Assembly: GCA_024626585.2 (NCBI GenBank)
Contig: JANKJI020000004.1
Coordinates: 114,761,073 to 114,799,078 of the forward strand
Length of the DNA: 38,006 nt
Source: Ginkgo biloba
Taxonomy: Eukaryota > Plantae > Ginkgophyta
Direction: 5' to 3'
Below the pieces are notes generated by a model. The model searched no databases. It was not told the origin of the DNA and saw only the letters and a list, made by a program, of their open reading frames with translations. A program made the position numbers and the translations under genes. Shown here piece after piece: positions 25,700 through 38,006 of this stretch (its first letter is position 1; each line of letters begins with the position of its first letter).

Positions 25700-26626
25700 A
25701 GAGGCTAAGGAGTTGTGTGCAACAGAGGAGGTGCAAAAGAGGATCATCCAATCGACGCTAAATTCGATAAATTCGCGAGATTGAAGCAAAATTGATGCAC
25801 CTGAGTGGAAAATAATAAAAACTTGCAAAAATGACAAAATTTCACATTTTATTATTTTTTTTAAAAGTTGACATTAAATTTAACTTTATTGCATAATATT
25901 TTAAATTCAAAAATTTTAAAAATCAAGCACCCTTTCATGGTCATATGGTAAAAGGGGCTAATCCCCTTTTCCAACAATCAAATAGTCATCTCTGAAAATC
26001 GAAAACACCATTGGATAGAATTTTTTATTATCTATCTTTTGGATAAGGTCATGTGCATGGTATGCCAACTACCTATGTGTAGACTGAATATTTTGTGTTC
26101 ATAAATTATTTTGGCACCTTGTGAGGTGACTGAAGACACTAATTTTGCCCAAAAATAGTAAAAATATTAAAAATCACTCATAATAACACTTAAAATCAAA
26201 TCATTTCTGCAAAATACTTCTTCATCTTCTTTCTTTTTGGCTTTCTCTACAGTGGGAATACTCTCTCATGAAGTTATTGCACACGCATACGTAAACTTAG
26301 TCATCATAACAGAGTCAACCTACTATTGGTCTATCATGCAATGAGAAGTCGAGGTTGAGGAGGATATAAGGAGAACTAGGAGTCCTAATTACTTGAGTAT
26401 CAACACCCTTAATAATATATCTATTATTTATTATAAGTTGGTATGTACCTGTATTTCTTGAGGTTCGATTTCCCATACCGCTATGGTATATTGAAACCTT
26501 GCTCCTTAGTTTGTAGTGTGCTAAAACTCGCATATCTCAGACATACCTTATTCAACACAAGGGTGGAAACCCAGCTAGGTCATTGGGGGTGAAATATACA
26601 TTGTTGTTTATATACATTACTTAGAT

Positions 26627-26890
26627 ATGGCCAACAAAAATAGAGTACTAGAAGCTATCATAGAGAAGCTCACTGGTACAACAAACTATATAGAATAGAA
26701 ATATTAGATGGAGAATTTCCTATTGTTAAATGACCTATGGCAGTATGTGAATGAGTCTATGAAGTACAATAAAGATGATGCCAAACAGATTCTTATAATT
26801 CATGCAAAGTGTAAAATAACTCTAGGGTTTATCAAATTATTTATTAGTGGCAACTTGATTCTAAATATCAAGGATGCTAAAACACCGAAG
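26627..26890 (+). mobile_element. Ty1/copia gag N-terminus (DUF4219-like), degenerate
   Basis: MANKNRVLEAIIEKLTGTTNYIE*KY*MENFLLLNDLWQYV...LILNIKDAKTPK matches the copia gag L.G.NY..W...M...L...DLW pattern. Sequence upstream ending ...tcaaca (26557) may be the LTR. Confidence 0.7.
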
Positions 26891-28899
26891 NNNNNNNNNN
26901 NNNNNNNNNNNNNNNNNNNNNNNNNNNNNNNNNNNNNNNNNNNNNNNNNNNNNNNNNNNNNNNNNNNNNNNNNNNNNNNNNNNNNNNNNNTATATATATA
27001 TATAATTTATTATTATTTATATTTAATGATGATTTATAATTTATTTTTTTTCATATTGATATGATTATAAAATATTTAAAAAATACTTGTTTTTTCTTTT
27101 TTCTTTTTTTTTCACATTCTACAATGTCTCTAGTTTTTAAATATATAAACTAGTTACTTAATAGTAATGTATTGTTTACATTAAATTCTTTTGTTATTCA
27201 CCTTAATCTATGTATTTTATCTCCTAATTATAATTAAAATAATTATGTAAAAAATATACAACAAAAAATCTATGAGCACATTTATCAAGTGACAAGTACA
27301 AAATGATACAATTTTTAACTAAAAATATTAATGTTTAGTGGGATAAACAATGACACTACTTGAGAGGTATATTTTATAAAGAAATCTAACATATCATTAT
27401 TTCAAACTTATATACCATAAAATCTAAAGAAAAGGATAATATTTGTTTTCCAAATTATATATTTAAAAACCTTTTCACAAGTATAATATTTAATATGTTA
27501 ACACCACATTGAAATTCTTAAAAGAACTATGACCTATATGACATTTAAGGGCTAAAAAGACCATTTTTAAATAAGTTGATGCTCAAACCACCCATTAAAG
27601 GGCTCTGCTAGCTTCTATACCAAAGTAGTTAAAAGGCCAAGGGATTGAGTAGGAAGCATATCTACACTCTAAAAACCCTCTAGCAGCCCTTCCATAACTG
27701 GCATGGGAAGGACTATGAGATGAATATCAAGACATGAGGAGCGAGCCTCCTTTACTTGATCCATATTTCAGTGGGTGAGTCAAAATATCCCAATGTTAGT
27801 AATTATGGATTTTGAATTTTAGATTAATTATGTGAAAATAATTAGAATTCTGTGTCTGATCATGTATGTAGTTCCAACATATTTAAATCTAAAAAATTCA
27901 AAGATAGAAATTTGAAACACACACAAATTGTACATAGACACAAGGTTTTGAACTAAAGAAACCCTCATGGAGAAGAAAACTCTAGAATATTATTAGAAAT
28001 TATTTGCAACAGCGAAGTACAAAAAAACATGTCTTTGGCTCTATCTATGAGGTGCAACTCAAGAGTTGTACACGATTATGACAACTCCATTCCAAGTGTA
28101 GATCTATCTTTCTCTAAAGACTCTCTTACACTCCGTCATATATGCTTCTCAGTTTATTTATGCAGAGAATTCAACTTCTTTATTGATTGATATGTCCCNN
28201 NNNNNNNNNNNNNNNNNNNNNNNNNNNNNNNNNNNNNNNNNNNNNNNNNNNNNNNNNNNNNNNNNNNNNNNNNNNNNNNNNNNNNNNNNNNNNNNNNNCT
28301 CATTTAACTATCTTTGACTTCCCTTTAGGGTTTTCTAAGATTATTCGACCAGCCTTGACTTCCATTTGATCGATCTTAAAACTAAGGTTTCTTGGGCTGT
28401 GATAGGAGTGTACTTTCATTTTTAGTGATATTAGCAGTTTATCATTATCAGTATTTTAGGGGTACTCTGCTCCTCTCTTGGATAGCCAAAATAGTGTTAG
28501 ATTTATTCAATTACCAATCCTCCATGTTCATTACCTACTAATGAGACTAACTAATAGCTACCATAATGCTTGAGGAGGATGGGATATCCTTCTCTATCCC
28601 TCTATTAGTTAGGAGCAAGTCTTGAAAGGTAACATGTACATCCTCAACATGTTGCTCTTCAATGGATCCTTTTTTCATCATTAAATTTAGAGTCAGAGGG
28701 AGAGGATTTAAACTTTGGTTGAGGTCCTCAACCTTTGTCAAGATCAATCCTTCCCTAGTTCCTTATTATCACACTCCCACTTGTCTCTTCATAGGAGCGA
28801 GTTCTTTGTTCATACTTCTAATCATAACTAAGGTTTGAGGGGATTTAAATGAGGACTAAATATTTTCAAGGATATGGCTTGGGGGATTTACTTCAGCAA

Positions 28900-29721
28900 C
28901 TTTAAGGAGTCTTTCCTCAATGGTATGAGCTATCTCCATGGCACCAATCAGATCAACAAGAATTTTATCTTCTACTACATACCTCATAGTAGTGTCTGAA
29001 CCATCCATATACCAATCAAAATAAGCATCAACATCAATAGTTCATTTCTATGGCATTTTGAATCTTGGTGAAAATTGTATTATAGTTTGCTATGGATTCT
29101 TTAGCTCCTTGTACTATGTTGCATACCTCTTTTATCAAGGTATAAGAGGTTTTGATAAGATCATATTTTGACTTGAAGGAAGCAATCAAGGTATTCCATT
29201 CTGTAATCAATTCGATAAGAAAATATTTAAACCAAGAGGTAACTTTCCCCTCTTAGGTGTAGGAAAACAACCTAACTACTACATTCTCATAAGTAACATT
29301 AAGCATTTGATAGGATGTTGAAAAATAAATAAGGTGTTATTCACCCGTAACTGACCCATCTCCCTCAAAGTATGGATATATGTCTAAAGCCCTATTTGGA
29401 AGTGGATCGGGAGTTATCCCTAAGTTCAAAGGTCTTACAGTTCTCCTAGGTAGGGACATGGCCTTAATAAATTATGAATTTAATTTTTGAATAGGGACTG
29501 AGAGAATAATGTATAAGTTGGATAACAACCTTGACCCTTTTTTATCATAATCTCACTTTAGCTTTAGTCATCATTGTTGTTCCCTAGTGGAGTCCCCAAT
29601 TCTATTGATGGGTTGGAGTGTTCCTACAATAACAATATGATTAAATCCTACCCAAGCAGTCACACTTTGATTATAATAGGCATAAATCTTCTTTATAGTG
29701 GGTGTGGTTTCCCTTATTCCA
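28900..29721 (-). mobile_element. Tat/Ogre-like Ty3/gypsy element 5' part: LTR end, tRNA-Arg-type PBS, gag start
   Basis: Minus strand at 29598-29581 reads TGGGGACTCCACTAGGGA, close to the Tat/Ogre PBS TGGCGACTCCACTGGGGA. Downstream, from the ATG at 29459, is PYFEGDGSVTGE*HL...ENVVVRLFSYT*EGKVTSWF (retrotransposon gag). Confidence 0.7.
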
Positions 29722-29821
29722 NNNNNNNNNNNNNNNNNNNNNNNNNNNNNNNNNNNNNNNNNNNNNNNNNNNNNNNNNNNNNNNNNNNNNNNNNNNNNNN
29801 NNNNNNNNNNNNNNNNNNNNN

Positions 29822-32474
29822 AGCAACATTCTTCTTAGGTTTCACTAAGTGCATGAATTTAAAATTTGACTTAGATAAATAAGTCATCGTCCTTTAAATC
29901 CACTCAGGGCATCTTCTAGATGTCGCCTACAAAAATAAGCCACCTGTCATAGCTTCTCCTCTTCAAATCATTTCAGTTTTTGGCTCCTGTGTCGGCGTCT
30001 GTCTGTCAGCATCTATTCAATGATGTCAGTCTTACTGTATGCCCCCTTCGACACTGTCAATTTCAGTCTCTCCTTCCTAACGATGTTGGTCATCTCCTCC
30101 GATGAATGTTAGTTTACCCAAAACTTTNNNNNNNNNNNNNNNNNNNNNNNNNNNATATTTCTGCCAAAACACTCATATTTCTACTAAGTAGGTAATACTT
30201 CACCACCCTTAGGCCACAATGGTCACGTTGTCGGTGTGCCACCCGGATGCTCTCGCATCAATCTCCCCTTCTAACAAAAATACATGAGCTCCTGCTTGTG
30301 GGCCACTTCTCTTTTTTTGCTCTAAATCTTTCCCAATGGCTTCTTCCATGACCTATATCACCATAACACATGCCTTTGATAACATGGTATCTACCTACTT
30401 TATTCCATGACATTTTCCATGTGTCATTATTCTCTTCTCTAACCTCCTGTTAGTTTCTCTCCTCTTGTCAATGAACTTCTGGCTAGTGCTTTCACTCTCC
30501 ACTATTGTGTATGTCGATGACTTATTGGCATTCTTTGCCTCTTCACTACTGTTAGCTTTGCCTTGGGCTTCTCAGGAAGATTTTCCTTCTCTTATGCCAT
30601 TACAATATAACATGTACCTATCAAGCATATACTCCTTATTTGTGCTAGATGTGGTGCTTGTCTCTCATTTATCGATCTTAAGGTGTAATATTCCCCATCC
30701 TTATCGATAAGGTAAGTGTTATACTGGCCATCATGTATGGCATTCTGATGATACTACTAAGGTATTCCCAATAAAATATGATAGACATCCATGGGAACCA
30801 CATGACACCACACTTCATCTCTATAACTCCATAATTTGATGGTCACCAAACATTTTTCTCTGAAGGTGATGTTGCCACCCTTCTTAAACCAAGAAAATCT
30901 ATAATGTTCTTCATGGAGATGTCTTTGCAATCATAATTTTTGGACCAATTCCTATGATACCATTTTTTTATAGTTGCCACCATTAATAATCACATTGCAG
31001 TCTCTACTTCCAAACATACCTTGCATCCTAAATATATTATTTCTATGGTTCATGTTAGTCACCCTACCTTGGCCTCGACTGACATCTTTCACTCCACTTG
31101 TCAACAGATGACTCTCATCCTTGTCAATCACCTTTTCTTTTCTTTTTCTCTGTCAGTGTTCCTCCTGTCAGATGTTGTTGGTCAATTTTTTTCTGACAAT
31201 ATCAACCCTTTCCTTGTTAATAGGCCCCTGGCCATGTTGGCCTCCCCAGCATACAACTCCTCTACATGTTATGCCAAATTCATATTATCTCCTTTGTAAT
31301 GTGGTCGATTGTCATTCCTCTTTGGGCATTCAAATGACTTGCGACCTTCCTCACCACAACTATAACATTTAGTTGGTCTTCTCTACTCATAAGTTGCTCT
31401 ATATGACCTCCTTCCTTGATGTTGGACAAATCCTCCCTGACCTCTGGTGTAAAACTCATTGATCTCTCCTTGTAGTTAGAATGCTCTATCAAATTCAGTC
31501 TTCTAAAAATTCTCATGTCATTTGTTGTTCTTCTCTTTCCAATATTGATCATATCTCCTCTATCATTGAGAGGTTATCTCTGCTCCACCAACATGGGTTC
31601 TCTTCCTTGCATGTTGGGTTACCTTCTCTTTGGCCTTGAGCACTAATTGATACACTTCATCAACACTCTACATATGGCACATGGTTAGCTCATCCTGAAT
31701 GACATAATTTAGGCCATTGATGTATCTTGCTACCAAATATTATTCATTCTCCTCATAGTCTCTCAAGATGGATAATCTAAAGAATTCATCTATGTACTTA
31801 AGTAAAACTCTCTCTCTGCCTCAAGTTCTAAAATTCCTTGTATAATCGCTGCCCATAATACGATGGCATAAATTTTCCCTTTAATTTCTCCACCATCCTC
31901 GGCCATATCTAAATTTTCTCCTTTCCCCTTTGAACTCTATCCTTCTGCAAATGATCCCACCAAATGGCAACATGTCCCTTCAATTTGGTGCATGTAAATT
32001 TTATCTTTAAAGGGTCCTTGAGTTCCTCCCAATTAAAATATTTCTCCAGGTCACAGATCCAATCTAGGAGATCTCCTGGTTTCAAGCTTTCATTGAAGCA
32101 TGGCACCTCTATCCTTTCTTCACCACGGTTTCCTTTCAATAATTTGGCCAACATGGCTGCTACACCCTACTTAGGCTATTTTGGTTCTTCATCCTTCAAT
32201 TCCTTCTCCCTATTTTGTTCTTTAACTTGTTTAGGACTCCGTCTCCTATAATCATCCTCAAGATCATTGACCTTGGCTCTAATATCTTCAACCCTCTTCA
32301 CCAGGGCTTCTATCATTTGCATGAGAGCATCCTTTCTCCTTAGTGCCATTTTATTTATTGTTGGGATCAGGTTTTCTCTCTCATTGAGCCACTCCTTAGT
32401 TATCCTTTCCTTGATGAGCTTTTCCTTGGCTCTAATACCATCTGACACAACATGACCAATGACACGTCTTCAGG
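29822..32474 (-). mobile_element. CRM-like LTR retroelement unit A (PBS-gag-zinc knuckle-protease-PPT-3'LTR; no RT/INT)
   Basis: LTR end ...TGTGTCA at 32443 and PBS TGGTATTAGAGC (32440-32429, iMet type). Gag DLLDWICDLEKYF...TKLKGHVAIWWDHLQ, knuckle KCYSCGEEGRKSFEC, protease CNVIINGG. PPT AGAAGGGGAGAT (30272-30261) is followed by the LTR start TGATGCG at 30260. Confidence 0.8.
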
Positions 32475-32484
32475 NNNNNNNNNN

Positions 32485-34182
32485 CAAATTGCATAGTATC
32501 ATCATTTTGCTAAGTATACAATACTCTACAATCCTTAGGCCAAAAATGGGCATGTTGTTAGTGTGCCACCATGATGCTCCTGCATCATCCTCCCTTTCTT
32601 ACAAAAAGGCATGATCTCCTGCTCATGTTCCACTTCCCCTTTTCTACTTCACATCTTCTTTCATCAAGTCATTCTTCTCTAGTGAGCCTATCACACATAG
32701 GCAAGTTCCTTTCTTGGGATTTCACTCTCCATTGCTTCTTCACTATTGTTGGATTTCTCTTGGTCTCCTCATGAAACTTCTCCCTTATCTTTGCTATAAC
32801 CAGGGCATACCATACACCTATCAAGAACACACTCCTTATGGGTTGCTCTATTTTTTCTTCCTCTATTAGAAACAATATCAAAGGTCAACCATCCTTGTCA
32901 ATAATGTAAGTGTTATAACAACCATCATGTATGGAATTTTGGTCATACTACCATGGTCTTCCTAACAAGATATGGTATGAATCCATATGAATGATGTCAC
33001 ACCAAATACTGTTGTTGTAATTCCTTAAACAAAAGGTCACTAAGATTTTTTATTTCTTATGGTGATTTGTCCACCCTTCTTAAACCAACAAATTCTATAT
33101 GGATCTTCATATCAATGTTAGCGTAAACCTAATTTTTTGACCGACTCTTCTAACATCATATTTTTATAGCTTCCACTATCCATAGTCACGTCGTAGGAAT
33201 CACTCCCCGACACACACTTCATTCTAAAAATTTTCTTCCTCTGATCCATGCTAGTCATCCTATCCTAGTCGTGAATGATATATTTTCCTTCACTAGTTGA
33301 TGACTGCCAATCATCCTCTTCATCAATCACTTTTTCCTTCCCCTTTCTCTGTCGGTTCTCTTCATATTTTCTATCAATGTTCAATTTCTTACCTGATGAC
33401 AGTAGCACTCTCTGTGTCAATAATCCTCTTGACATGTCAACCTCCATGGGATCTGGCTCTACTACATGCCAGGCTAAGTTTTCATTCACTTATTTTGTCT
33501 ATGGCCTATCGTCATTTCTCCTTCAGAATTCAAATGACATATGGCCTTCCTTGCCACAACTAAAATATCTAGTCAGTCCTCTATGCTCATATGGTGCTTT
33601 ATCTGAACTCCTTCTATGGTGATAAATAAATCCTCCTCGAACTTTGGTTTGGTAAGAATAAAACTCTCCTCATGATTAGAATTCTCTGTTGAAACGAAAT
33701 TTTTGAGAGTTCTCATGTCTCCAACTCTCCTCATCCTCCATGGTTTGTCATCTCTTTTCTATTGCTGAGAGGATACTATTGCATTTCTAATAAAGGGCCT
33801 CTTCCCTGCATGTCGGGATAACTTCTCTTCTTCCTTGAGTGTGAACTGATATGCTTCATTGACATTTATCACATAGCATGTGGTGAGCTCATCTTGGATA
33901 GAAAAGTTCAGGCCATTGATGTATTTGACCACAAGTTGATATTTATTTTCCTCATAACTAATGTGGATGGACAATCTAAAAAATTTATCAGTGTACTTAG
34001 GTACACTCCTTTCCCTCTATCTTAAGTTCAATTTTTTTTTAAATAATCACTGTCCATATCCTGGCAGCAAAAAAATTCCTTTTCGATTTTCTACTATCCT
34101 CCACCACATCTAGATATTTTCCTTGCCCCTCTAAACTCTATCCTTTTGCAAATTCTCCCACCAAATGGCATCATGTCCTTTT
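32485..34182 (-). mobile_element. CRM-like LTR retroelement unit B (gag-zinc knuckle-protease-PPT-LTR start; no RT/INT)
   Basis: GHDAIWWENLQKDRV (gag), FSCGKEGHMSFE (knuckle), VTMDSGSYKN and ILLGRPW (protease). PPT AAGAAAGGGAGGA (32600-32588) is followed by the LTR start TGATGCAGG at 32587. Homologous to unit A. Confidence 0.8.
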
Positions 34183-35031
34183 NNNNNNNNNNNNNNNNNN
34201 NNNNNNNNNNNNNNNNNNNNNNNNNNNNNNNNNNNNNNNNNNNNNNNNNNNNNNNNNNNNNNNNNNNNNNNNNNNNNNNNNNGTGATTATGGGTTTAATT
34301 ATTTGTAAATCCTTTTGTCACTCAGATATCTCATTTTCTAAGGCATCAAATCCATTCTTACATCCATATGCTAACTCTCAAGCCTTTGGTAATCTCTCAT
34401 ATTTTTTTATCCATAATATAGATGTGTGTGTGCATGTATCATAAAATCATACTAGTATATATTTAAAAGTAAAATAAAATTACATTCAATTTTTTTTTTT
34501 AATAAAAAATAAAAAATATTAAATAAAAAATATATGTAATCACAAATTTCTCTCTTAATCCAACTTCTCCACTTTGGCCTATTTTATGGATGGGTACCCT
34601 TTTCCCTTTTTCTTAGGAATCAAATGTATTAGTAGGTTCTTAAGCATTCATTTTTTTCTCCTCCTTGTTTTGCAACTCCTCCATGACTTCATTTTCCATT
34701 TGAATAAGGTCACTCCAAAAGTGATAGATAATTTTAGAGTTTTTTTCCTTATGCATTCTTCTATAAAGAAGATATTCCTAATCTGCCTCATAAAATGGTC
34801 TCTCTTCCAATTAAGACCCAACCTTATCCTACATCATACTATAGAGATTGACCACACCTCACTAAATTAATCCTTTAGGTGTTTAATGACAACATATTTT
34901 TCTTTTCTACTAACACCGATACAAAAATTGATGTCAATGTTAGTGAACCTCAACACATACACCATTACCCACTCTACCTTCTAGGATCTTCTCTTGTCTA
35001 ATGTATTAGCCACATCAGCATAGTCTTGCTT

Positions 35032-35680
35032 TGTCACGTCAACGGTCTCCTCATTGACAACCCATAGGAATAACACTTTATGATTAAATTGATTAATTCA
35101 TTCAATGTAAGAAAATAGGCATAATAAAACACAGTGAATAGTGAAGTGACACAAGGCATTTTCAATTAGATAAACCCTCACAGGGAATAAAAATCCACAT
35201 TAATTAATAAATTCAAGGATTATAATAATAATTCAAGCCTTTAAGACAAGTCCTCACTACTGGAGGTAAATATAAGCAGTAAAGAATGGATCATTGCCTA
35301 CACTCCCTCGAACTGCCTCTCCTGGTGAATCTGTTTAGTGTCTCTCTCTTTAGATTCAATGAAAAAATCCTTCAATTCATCTAGTTCATGAATCGAGGAT
35401 GAAATTCATGTCACCCTTGCTCCCTAAACTACCTAAAACTTGGTGGTATTCTTAATGATTCACTATGGATCACTCTCTTGAGCCTCCCAGATGTACCTTC
35501 ATCTGGCTCTCATTCACTCAATGCATTCACCCTCTACTTTGAGCATTCAACTTTCTCTATTCTAATTCCCTATGAACATGAACTCTTCTTTGTTCTCCTA
35601 CCTTAGGGTTGATTCTTACTAGCACTTGCCTTGCATGACTTTCACTTCCTAGCTCTTAATCAATCTGCACTTCAACAACA
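35032..35680 (-). repeat. Partial LTR copy (homologous to 36036-36740)
   Basis: Shares agggttgattct.actagcacttgccttgca.ga.tttcacttcctag.tcttaatcaatctg and aaaccct..cagggaataaaa blocks with 36036-36740. Truncated by a gap. Confidence 0.75.
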
Positions 35681-36035
35681 NNNNNNNNNNNNNNNNNNNN
35701 NNNNNNNNNNNNNNNNNNNNNNNNNNNNNNNNNNNNNNNNNNNNNNNNNNNNNNNNNNNNNNNNNNNNNNNNNNNNNNNNCCTCCTTCTCCAAGGAAGGA
35801 TCTTCATGATGCAGCGTGGCCAGCGACACTCTCCGCGAGTCTCTGATCTGTATTTGTAAGACAACATTGTCCAACGTCAGTCATCCGCCCTCGACGTCGG
35901 CAATAACAAATGAAGTCGGTGGTTGGTTTCTGCCAAACTGACACCAACGTTGTCGGTAATCTCCAAACGCTATGTTGCTGCCACACCACCCTCTAGGATC
36001 TCTTCAACAGGCTCCTCGTCGACGAAGGCTAGCTT

Positions 36036-37617
36036 TGTTGTGTCGTTGATTACTCCACCGACAACTCACAGGATCAACCACTTCACAATTAAATCGATTA
36101 TTTTAAGATAAGAAAATAAACACCATAAAATGCAATAAACAGTGAAGCGATACAAGGGGTTTTCAACTGGAGAAACCCTTGCAGGGAATAAAACTCTAGA
36201 TCAATTAATAATCCAATAATTAGATAAATTCTCAAGCCTCTCAGGCTAACCCTCACTAGCGGAGGTAATTACACGCAGTCTTTACTGCAAAATACTGAAC
36301 AGGCCACTACCCACATACCCTTGAACTATCTCACTCGGCAAATCGGTTTACAATCTCCTTCTTTAGCTTCAACGGTGGACTTCCTCAATGCCTTAGCCTC
36401 AACACTTCAATTTCTAAACGGGATTCAACTTTTCCCTCCTGATCTGCCTCAAATTCACCTATCGACTCACTTCTTCAACTTCTGTTGGTTCCCATGGCTC
36501 CTTTAGCTCTTTTGCACGATCTCTGTAGGAAGGTCTTCACTCTCTTTCTCTACAAATCGTTGTCACTTGGTGTTCATTCCCTCTATGCGCTTGCCCACGG
36601 TGTTGAGCGTTTGGTTTGCTCTCCTCTAGCTCCCCATGGGCTTGAACCCTTTCTTGTTCTCCTACCTCAGGGTTGATTCTCACTAGCACTTGCCTTGCAC
36701 GATTTTCACTTCCTAGATCTTAATCAATCTGTACTTCAATAGAATCTCCCCTTATCCTCCTTGCTAGCTAACTTGATTCTCTTATGTATGCATGATTTTA
36801 TAGATGATCTTTAATGGCCTCAATGGCTAGGGCTCCAATATATTCCTCTACTCCAACGGACGAATTAGATGAGCTCAAACCTTCAATGGCCTTTTGATAT
36901 AAATGCCCTACAATGATTGCCTTGAGCTTCACCATCTTCAACTCTAATATTTCTCTCCTAGTCACCAGGTAGATGAGCATTCAATTCTTCTTCATGCGAG
37001 TAATTTTTACCTGTGTGCCATTCCTCTAACTTCTTGCTTATGGTTCTGTTTAGTGACTTAATTAAAAATAAATCAACTTGATTTATATTTTAAATTGCCT
37101 TAAGTCACCTTTCCTAGCATCGACCTACGACGTAACTCATCTGACAAGGTTCTTCATTTAATCCTCAAAATTAGGTCAATTTCTAGTCTCTTGGGTTGGT
37201 GTCTATCAATACTTATTCGACACTGTCATTTTTTCTAGACTTATGTCAGTTTTCCATTCATTGATTGAGGTTGATCCTTTTCTTTGTCGCTGTCCACCAA
37301 CAATGTCAATCCTCCTCGATACATGTCAGTCTTTTGTGTTGCTTATGTCACTATCAGACACCCCCAACGATTTTGGCCATCACCCTGTCATGTCAATGTT
37401 GGCCATTGATGCATATCGTCCACTGACACCACTTCATCGATGATGTCAATTTTCAAAATATCCCACCGACGTGATTAATCGCCCAAAATGATGTAAGTTT
37501 TTCTAGTACACATATTTTTTCCAAAACACATATAATTCTGCTAAGTATACGATACTCCATAATCTTTAGGCCAAAAATGAGCATAATGTTGTGTTCCATG
37601 GTGATTCTCTTGCATCA
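36036..37617 (-). mobile_element. Probable solo LTR (~1.6 kb) of the CRM-like family
   Basis: The right end tgcatca (TGATGCA on minus) and gctaagtatac.atactc..taggccaaaaatg match the LTR starts at 32587 and 30260. The left end is defined by alignment with 35032. No PPT or PBS flanks it, and no clear TSD is visible. Confidence 0.55.
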
Positions 37618-38006
37618 TATTTCTATTTCTAATTCAATAATTTTATATTTTAAATTCACAAGGAAAATATTTCATTTATATAAATGCTTATTTTTTTCCA
37701 TGCTTGTTTCTTTTGCATTTTTGAATTATTTATTGAATTATGAAAATAGGGGATGATTAGAACCTCTCTTTGACATCAAGTTTCAAAATTGGTATTCATT
37801 TAATTCTAAAATTTGATAGTTTTAGTTCAACTAAGGGGAGATTATGCCCTATTTTTGGCAGAATCTTACCTCTAAGTTTGTTTGTTTTCAATTTTAAAAA
37901 TTTAAATTGTCTTATTTTAAATAATTTGATGGAGTGGGGATACTTTAATCTCCATTCCTTTTTCAAATTTTTAGATTTGACATACTGTCAATTCTAAAAT
38001 TTTATG

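Noticed and set aside
26558-26578. Candidate copia PBS (gggtggaaacccagct)
   Set aside because: It matches both the standard iMet PBS and the half-tRNA type only partially, so it cannot be assigned.
34570-34990. Possible LINE ORF1 (DUF4283-like) remnant, YFMDGYPFPFF
   Set aside because: A single weak motif with frameshifts; not supportable without an HMM search.
786-35874. ORFs containing runs of X
   Set aside because: Artefacts of reading through N-gaps.
1-38006. CRISPR arrays, rRNA/tRNA genes or prokaryotic operon-like systems
   Set aside because: No repeat-spacer arrays or structured RNA genes were recognised; the sequence is eukaryotic, TE-rich DNA.

Overview
AT-rich, repeat-dominated plant nuclear DNA (TE style suggests a large-genome plant, possibly a gymnosperm; this is inference) from a fragmented assembly with 19 N-gaps, 16 of them exactly 100 N. 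Only one intact host gene is supported: an intronless PR-1-like/CAP-superfamily gene on the minus strand (true ATG most likely 20129, stop 19521). It has a signal peptide, a G/Y/N/H-rich N-terminal spacer and a C-terminal CNYD|PPGNYIGEKPY CAPE-type peptide, and it sits in a CpG-retaining island. A disabled cytochrome P450 fragment (CYP85 clan, ~10413-10665) is fused directly to one copy of a ~250-bp duplicated sequence. The rest is decayed TEs: Ty3/gypsy gag-PR and RT pieces, an L1 LINE 3' end (zf-RVT + RNase H), a CACTA transposase fragment and a CACTA-like terminus, a copia gag start, and a Tat/Ogre-like element with a tRNA-Arg PBS. There is also an apparent tandem of two CRM-like gag+protease-only (RT-less) LTR elements plus further copies of their LTR. 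I found no clearly new multi-gene system. The best leads are the RT-less tandem retroelement, the captured P450 fragment and the PR-1/CAPE precursor features.
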